Shown: one piece after another, positions 47,709 through 53,704 of the stretch
How positions within the stretch are numbered: the stretch's first letter is position 1
Layout of the letters: each line of letters begins with the position of its first letter
Assembly: GCA_027604505.1 (NCBI GenBank)
Contig: JADIIX010000069.1
Span: 62,001 to 115,704 of the forward strand
Reading direction: 5' to 3'
Source: Gonapodya sp. JEL0774
Taxonomy: Eukaryota
Length of the DNA: 53,704 bases
Position numbers and translations under genes: made by a program
Notes under the pieces: model-generated
Seen by the model: the letters and a program-made list of their open reading frames with translations, nothing else
What the model was told of the DNA's origin: nothing
Databases searched by the model: none

Positions 47709-50700
47709 CTATCTCTCCACACCGCTATCAATTTTCCTCTTCCCTTTCCGTGCTTCCACGATCTCCTCAAACAATGCTCCCAGCCTCGCTGATTCACCGA
47801 AGAGTTCCCTACGAAGACGCTCGATTTCTACAGAAACGGAAGCACCCATATAAGATGTTTGTGGTGAGGTTGGAGTGGGGATCAGCTCCACACGCTCAGG
47901 TGAGTTTGACTGGGTGTTTCTCCTGAAGCACCGATCAGTATCATCATCCCCATGGTAACTCGGATTGGATCCATCAGAAATGTAAGGTTTACTAGAAGAA
48001 AAGATCCAATTGGATTCAGCCGATGGAGTGAAAGGTAATGGAGCAGGTGTGAAGTTGCCCAACTCCTGTTGTCCTGGCGATGCGGACAAGTTGCTGACGC
48101 TCTCGAAGAGAGTATTGGCCGGAGAATCAGGGGAATTAAGAACTAATCCGCTTGGTTTTCCGCCGTTAGGAGTCCTAGGCAAGGTGTCCACGCTCACAAA
48201 ACGTGGGTGACTGCTGCATGAGGTGGGATCAAACGGATGCAACGTTGGAGTCTTAATCACTGAAGTTGCCTCCCAAGGGTCACAGAATGAATTCACTGAG
48301 CCGCTTTCCGTTGCCGTGTCCTTGTCCTTATGAGACGCAAAGTAATAGGTATCCAAGATGATCTCATCCGGGGATTGCGAGAGACTCCCCCCATCGGGCA
48401 ACGAGTTTGAAGGGAGATTGGCTGTGTAGAACCTTCTAGCACCGCGTCTGAAGAGAGTTGTTGGTCCACGTCCCTCATTTAGAGAGTCCTGGGACGATTT
48501 TCTTCTCAGCAATCCATCTCTCGTGATTGTGTCGGACGGATTTGACTGTGATTGCACCCATTGTACCGCAGTCTGGGGTAAAACGTAGCCTTTTGGGCTA
48601 CAGTTATCTGCGATGATCATCCCGCCTAGATCGATTAATTCCTCGGAGGCTTTTGTAGTCGGATGTGGTGGGGAAGGAGAGTTGACTCCGGCACGGATGG
48701 GGGATGGGTGGATAGCCTCGATAGTGCCCCTCTCTACATTCAGTGCATCAGAAGAAGTCTTCGGAACGTCAGCAGTGCAAGATGTCCATAGCTCGGTTCC
48801 TTCTAGCTTCGCGCAGGTCGTGGGTGCTGTTCTGACCAGATCAAAGCTTTCAGTCAATGATCTTGGTGGCCACAAGGAGTCATTAGTCGCATTTGGGAGG
48901 TGAGGTATGTTACCGGTCAAATCCTCGATCGGTCGAGTGAAACGAGAACACCCATCACGAAGATCGCGTGCGCATTCCTCGGCACTCAAGGCTTGCCACG
49001 CAGAATCACGATGAGCGACATGAGCTGTTCCTGGAAGAGTGCTCGAGCTCCATGGAGCTGGGTCAATTGAACGTCGAGACTCTCCGACGTGCCGCTTGGC
49101 TTGTGCGAGGGCGGAGTTGGGGGTTAGGATCCGGGAACATCCCCGTGTAAGTGAAATCGCCGGAGCAATCCAGATAGGGAGGTCAAGGTGAAGTGGTACG
49201 CTAGGAGTGTTTCAAAGAAGTTCAGCAGCCATCCCACAAACTGATTGAATGGGAACAGCTCACGAGAGCGTCGCCCCACTTTCAATTCGTAAGTACGTGA
49301 GCAACTGAAACAATTTCTGGTCGAACATAGTGTGGGGTGCGTGTGACTACGAGACGAATCAAATTTTCAGATGCAATCATATGACAGATCAGGCCAATGG
49401 AGCTCACCGGAATCCGTGCAGTTATCCACCCGTCCCACCTCCCTCCAGGTTCCAGCCTCCATTCAGACACATTCAACTTTTCAACAGCCTCAAATTTTGT
49501 CGACTCGTTCTTATTCGAGAAGCACGTGCAGCCTTGCCTCAACTTTGAGTGTTTCGGAGTAAACAGACGGATGACGGTGACCGAGAGTCGATTCAACTGA
49601 GATGGCCACAGAACGAGACAAGACAATTTTGAGCTCTTTTCTCCAACAGCGCGTCGTTAAGACTCACTGTCCGCTTGGTTCCGTTGCAAATTTGTACATG
49701 GACGTCCAGTTCTCCTCCTGTCGCGACGGCTGGTACGGGTGCATTGCTACCTTTCCCTTTTCTTGCTGCCGGAATTGTAACTTCCGACCAAGCGCGTGAG
49801 GTTAAACGCACGGCCCCAGGCCCTCCCAAAATCAGACGACTAGAAGAGGAAACTGGCGGAGTTGCAAGGGAAGGTTGTCGCATGGACCCCATAGAAGCTG
49901 AAGTGGAGGGAAAGCGAAGAGAGACTGCTGGAACTGCAAACACAGCGAAGTTGAGAGATTGAGACGAATATACGGCTTTTGCGAGAAACGAGGACGAGGA
50001 ATGTCGGTAGTGAACGTGACTGCGAAGAACATGCTCGGATTTCATATAAACGCCTTCAGATTGTTGTTGAACACTTTTACACTCACCAGGTGGCCCAGTA
50101 CTCTATCTGTGCCAAGCATTTGTCATCGTGTGACACAACTGATCCAGACCCCGGAGCATCTTGTGGTATCCGTACCTCAAAATCAAACCTCAAAGTTCCT
50201 CCATCTGCCTGGAGCGTAGCAGGCTCTGATCTTATGGCAACACTGTGCACAATGTGTTCTTTGATCAAAAACACGTATCGCTGATGCTTGATTCTGTTTA
50301 TCGGGAATCCCGGTGGCGTAGTAGAAGTGTCCAAGATAGCAAAGTTTGACGGACAAGATGACTTGTGAATGAGAACTACAGAGAAATCATGGTGATGACA
50401 GTGGACTAAGCAAAAGATCGGTGACTAAATTGTACTCAGATCTCACACCTTCCCAGCCAACCAATTCCAATCGGACTTCTTCAACCATGAACTGCCCTCC
50501 ACTTTCTTTAATTGTCTTGTTTCCTCCAAAAAGCCCACGAACGTTCTCCCACACTCCGTTCCGTTCACGCTGTTGCACGTCGGTGAAAAGGTGCACCTGG
50601 CCCTTCATGACATCTCCCGCCAATACCCTAGGACGGCGCAGTGACACAGCAGAACGAAGAGTATGTGAATGGGCGCCGCCGTGTGTACCTGGTGTGCCAT

Positions 50701-51140
50701 TCGACCAGGTCGAAACATTCGGCGGATGTTCAGAAGGCACCGTATCCACGATATTTGATGCCGGAGAAATCGTGTTCATTCTTGACGCACGCACAGTTCG
50801 TACTGGTGGTAATGGAGGTATCCCGTCGGATGCACCCTTCCTCGGTGGAGCATTCACGTCGAACATGTGGTTGGCGCTGAAATCCTGTTGTTCCAACTCG
50901 GGAAACGACCTGGGACCAAACGGTCGCCTCGGTGGACGCACAAGTATTGTGCTCGACTGTGCTGGTGGAAATGCGTTGTATGGAAGCTTTTGATTCTGAA
51001 TCGCGGCGTTGGTGTGGGTGTGAAATGGATGAGGTGACGACATCCAATGAATATGAAGTCGCCGCATGTGTACCACATACCGAAGATTTGCTCTCACGCG
51101 ACCATATTTCGTCACCAGAGAAACATACAGGTGCCCTCAT
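47709..51140 (-). CDS. Arrestin-fold (alpha-arrestin-like) protein with long S/P-rich C-terminal tail
   Basis: N domain: VLAGDVMKGQVHL, VEEVRLELVGWEG, FDFEVRIPQDAPGS..AQIEY. C domain: GGELDVHVQICNGTKRTV, LLTYLRIE, LHLDLPIWI. These splice in frame into ORF 47709..48989. Confidence 0.72.
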
Positions 51141-51460
51141 ATCAGATTCTGTGAGATTGCATTGAAGTTGGGTCGAAGTGGCAATGAGGTACTTCGTCCG
51201 CTTATATATTTATCATTGTTCTATGGGGCTTGGTGGAGCTTCCACGGTGCCGGCGTTTTCGTGCTAACTAAAACAACGAACTCTGCGATATCAATTTCAA
51301 ATTGCATTGAGATATTGATGAAGAACAGGTAATGTAGAAGCACATGTCGAAAAAAATTTCTGATGAAGACAAGTTTAAGCCTAAAAGCACGATCCCGCCC
51401 ATTTTTCTTCTCTTTACCGATGATGAGTTCAACAATTCTCATTCACGGACCTCAAAATTT

Positions 51461-53327
51461 TTAGGCAGCCTTTTTCGCACCAGCCTCCGTCACCGCCTTC
51501 GTTGTAGGACCGGCCTCCACAGCGCGCTTCTTACTCGGCTTCCAGTAGGCAATCCAGCTGAGGATGCGGTTCCGTGCAAAGTAATCAAAGAGGGTCGGGG
51601 GAACTGGGCAGGATTACGAGTGGAGGGTAGCAATGGTGTGGTGAGCGTCGGCGACCGTGAAACGTTTGGAGCACAGCAAGAAACTCACTGATCGTCATGA
51701 CATACGAAAGCACGAGCCTTGACAAAGTAATACACGAACAGGTTTTAAGCCGAGAACAGTCGTGCCAACCAACCATGGCCGCGACCTACATCTGCCATGG
51801 GAACGCGATGAGGGCTTTATCCTCCTCTAAACCTTTCACAATCGTGTCAATGGCGTAGTCCATTTCTACGAGGTATTCCATTGGGAACTGGGTGGATACA
51901 TAAGGAGAATTGAGCACAGTGACGAGCGATCTCGACTCGACTCGTGGCACGACGTCCCTTCACATCCCATCATAGGACTGCGTGACATCGTAGTGAGTAA
52001 AAGCACTTACTCGATTGGCGTCCGTCATGGGACTCTTCACGTAGCCCGGTGTGATCACGTTGACGCTGACGCCTTCCCTCGCCAACTGGGCCCGCAACGC
52101 GGTGCCGTAGAGACGTACGGCCCACTTTGAAGAGGAGTAGGACGGCGCACCAGACATGGGCTAGCGAGGTAAAATGTGATGTTCAGCGAGTGAGGGAGCA
52201 GAGAGACGGGGACAGTAAGGTGTTTGGGAGTTAGGGATCACACTGCTTTGAGGGCAAGGGAGCTTACGATGAAGGAGGACATGGAGGACATGATGGCAAT
52301 TTGCCCACGGCCTCGGGCACGGATGGCGTCGAGGGCAGGGAAGATGGTGTTGAAGACGCCTGGGGGGAACGGTTGGTGGGGGTGAAGGGGACGTCAGTGT
52401 ATAGAATGAATGTTAGCCGTCGTTCACCGTAGTCCAACTCAAGGTTGACCAGATATAGCGTGCTCCGACAGAAACACAAGAGCTGCAACTGGACAGCATC
52501 GACCTCGATGCAGTCCTCCAGTCAACCACACGAATAACACAAAACACACACTACATCAGGGACCGCCGACTCACCAATAACATTGGCTCCATAAATTTGC
52601 CTCGCACACGCTTCCACATCTTTGATATCCAGCCCCGCCGATTGCTCGCTGATCCCTGCGTTGGCGACAACCAAGTCCAACCCCCCCTGAATCTCCCCGT
52701 CCACCTGGCGGATCCACTCGCCGAGGGCCTTCTCCTCGGACACGTCTATAGCCTTGGTGCGTACTGTGGCTCCTTTGGCGCGTGCTGCGTCGGCGACTTT
52801 GGCGAGGTTGGTGCTGTTTCTGCCGGTCAGGCAGAGCGTGACTCCGGGTCGGGCGTAGCGGAGGGCGAGAGCTGGGGAGAGTGGAATGATGAGTGCAAGG
52901 GTGAACGGAGGGGCGGGTTAAAGGTGGTAAGTTGGTTATGGGGATTTTGGATTTGGATCAGACTCACCTTCACCAATACCACTGGTAGCTCCCGTGATCA
53001 AGATAGACTGAATATTTCAAATCAGCGAAATGGAAAAAATAGTCAGCAATGTGAAATACGTTCGTGTTTAAGGTCAATGATGGGAGTTATACTTGACAAG
53101 TATACTGACTGACCTTTGGTACAATCTTCTTTTTTGAACGACTGAGAGCATTGATGGCCGCGGCGCCAAGGAACACGGGAATGGCAGCGATGTTGAGGAG
53201 AATCTGCAAAGATGCGCGTAAACTTTATGTCACTTGACGATTTGTTTCGAATGATAATGGATGAGAATTGTTGGGGGTGACTCGGTGGTGTCCAGCCAAC
53301 CTCATACTCCCACAACTTGATTCGCAT
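51461..53327 (-). CDS. Classical short-chain dehydrogenase/reductase with N-terminal hydrophobic anchor
   Basis: MRIKLWEYE|ILLNIAAIPVFLGAAAINAL..|SILITGATSGIG (TGxxxGIG), DLVVANAG, IMSS, PSYSSSK (YxxxK), PGYVKSPMT. Stop at 51461-51463. Confidence 0.92.
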
Positions 53328-53704
53328 ACGTTACCTGTGTGAGTGCGATTGCCGTATCCATTTGCGATCTTTATACTCTCGAAAGACTTGACGAATATCA
53401 CGAGCGGGCCAGACAAGGTGTCGTGTAACGATCGGCCGTTAGACGTACAAAAAATGTATGACTACTAGGACCAACGGAGGATATGCAGACTTCCTTTGAC
53501 AGAAAGCTGCGCACCGCTGGTACTTGATTGTTTTTTTTGAATTTTCAAACCATTTTCCACCCATTAGTCCTTTTTTTCCCCCCACCTCCTTCACCCCCTC
53601 CAAAACTTCCCACTCCCTCCTGAAACCTCTTTAAGCACCAAGTAGCAGAGTAATACTTGCTAGAGACGTCACAGATATTTGATAGAGGGACATCAATCCA
53701 GCTT

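Overview
Gene-dense, intron-rich eukaryotic DNA, almost certainly fungal. It carries a Zn2Cys6 transcription factor, MCP1, an INO2/INO4-like bHLH and a fungal-type NDUFB4. An animal/ciliate-type glutamate dehydrogenase, many short introns and relaxed splice sites point to an early-diverging zoosporic fungus (chytrid/monoblepharid-like; inference). By hand-splicing I reconstruct about 19 protein-coding genes, several invisible or fragmented in the ORF track. In order: an unknown S/P-rich protein, Zn2Cys6 TF, RING/TRAF-Zn/SGF29-Tudor fusion, MRPS9, GDH, a single-pass S-rich protein, a synaptojanin-like phosphatase, FYV6/FAM192A, a divergent RhoGAP, bHLH TF, pyridoxal kinase, 6-phosphogluconolactonase, NDUFB4, an ankyrin-like/coiled-coil/SH3 protein, MCP1, a DUSP, a TFIIS-like protein, an arrestin-fold protein and an SDR. 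Most notable: (1) a 5-exon TFIIS paralog that keeps domain II and an ADE acidic motif but has no zinc-ribbon cysteines; (2) a RING-TRAF-type E3-like protein fused to an SGF29 tandem Tudor with a remodelled histone pocket; (3) an antenna-bearing GDH lacking GTP-site residues; (4) frequent AAG 3' splice sites. I saw no tRNA, rRNA, CRISPR array or intact transposon. All family assignments are motif recognition from memory, not database searches.
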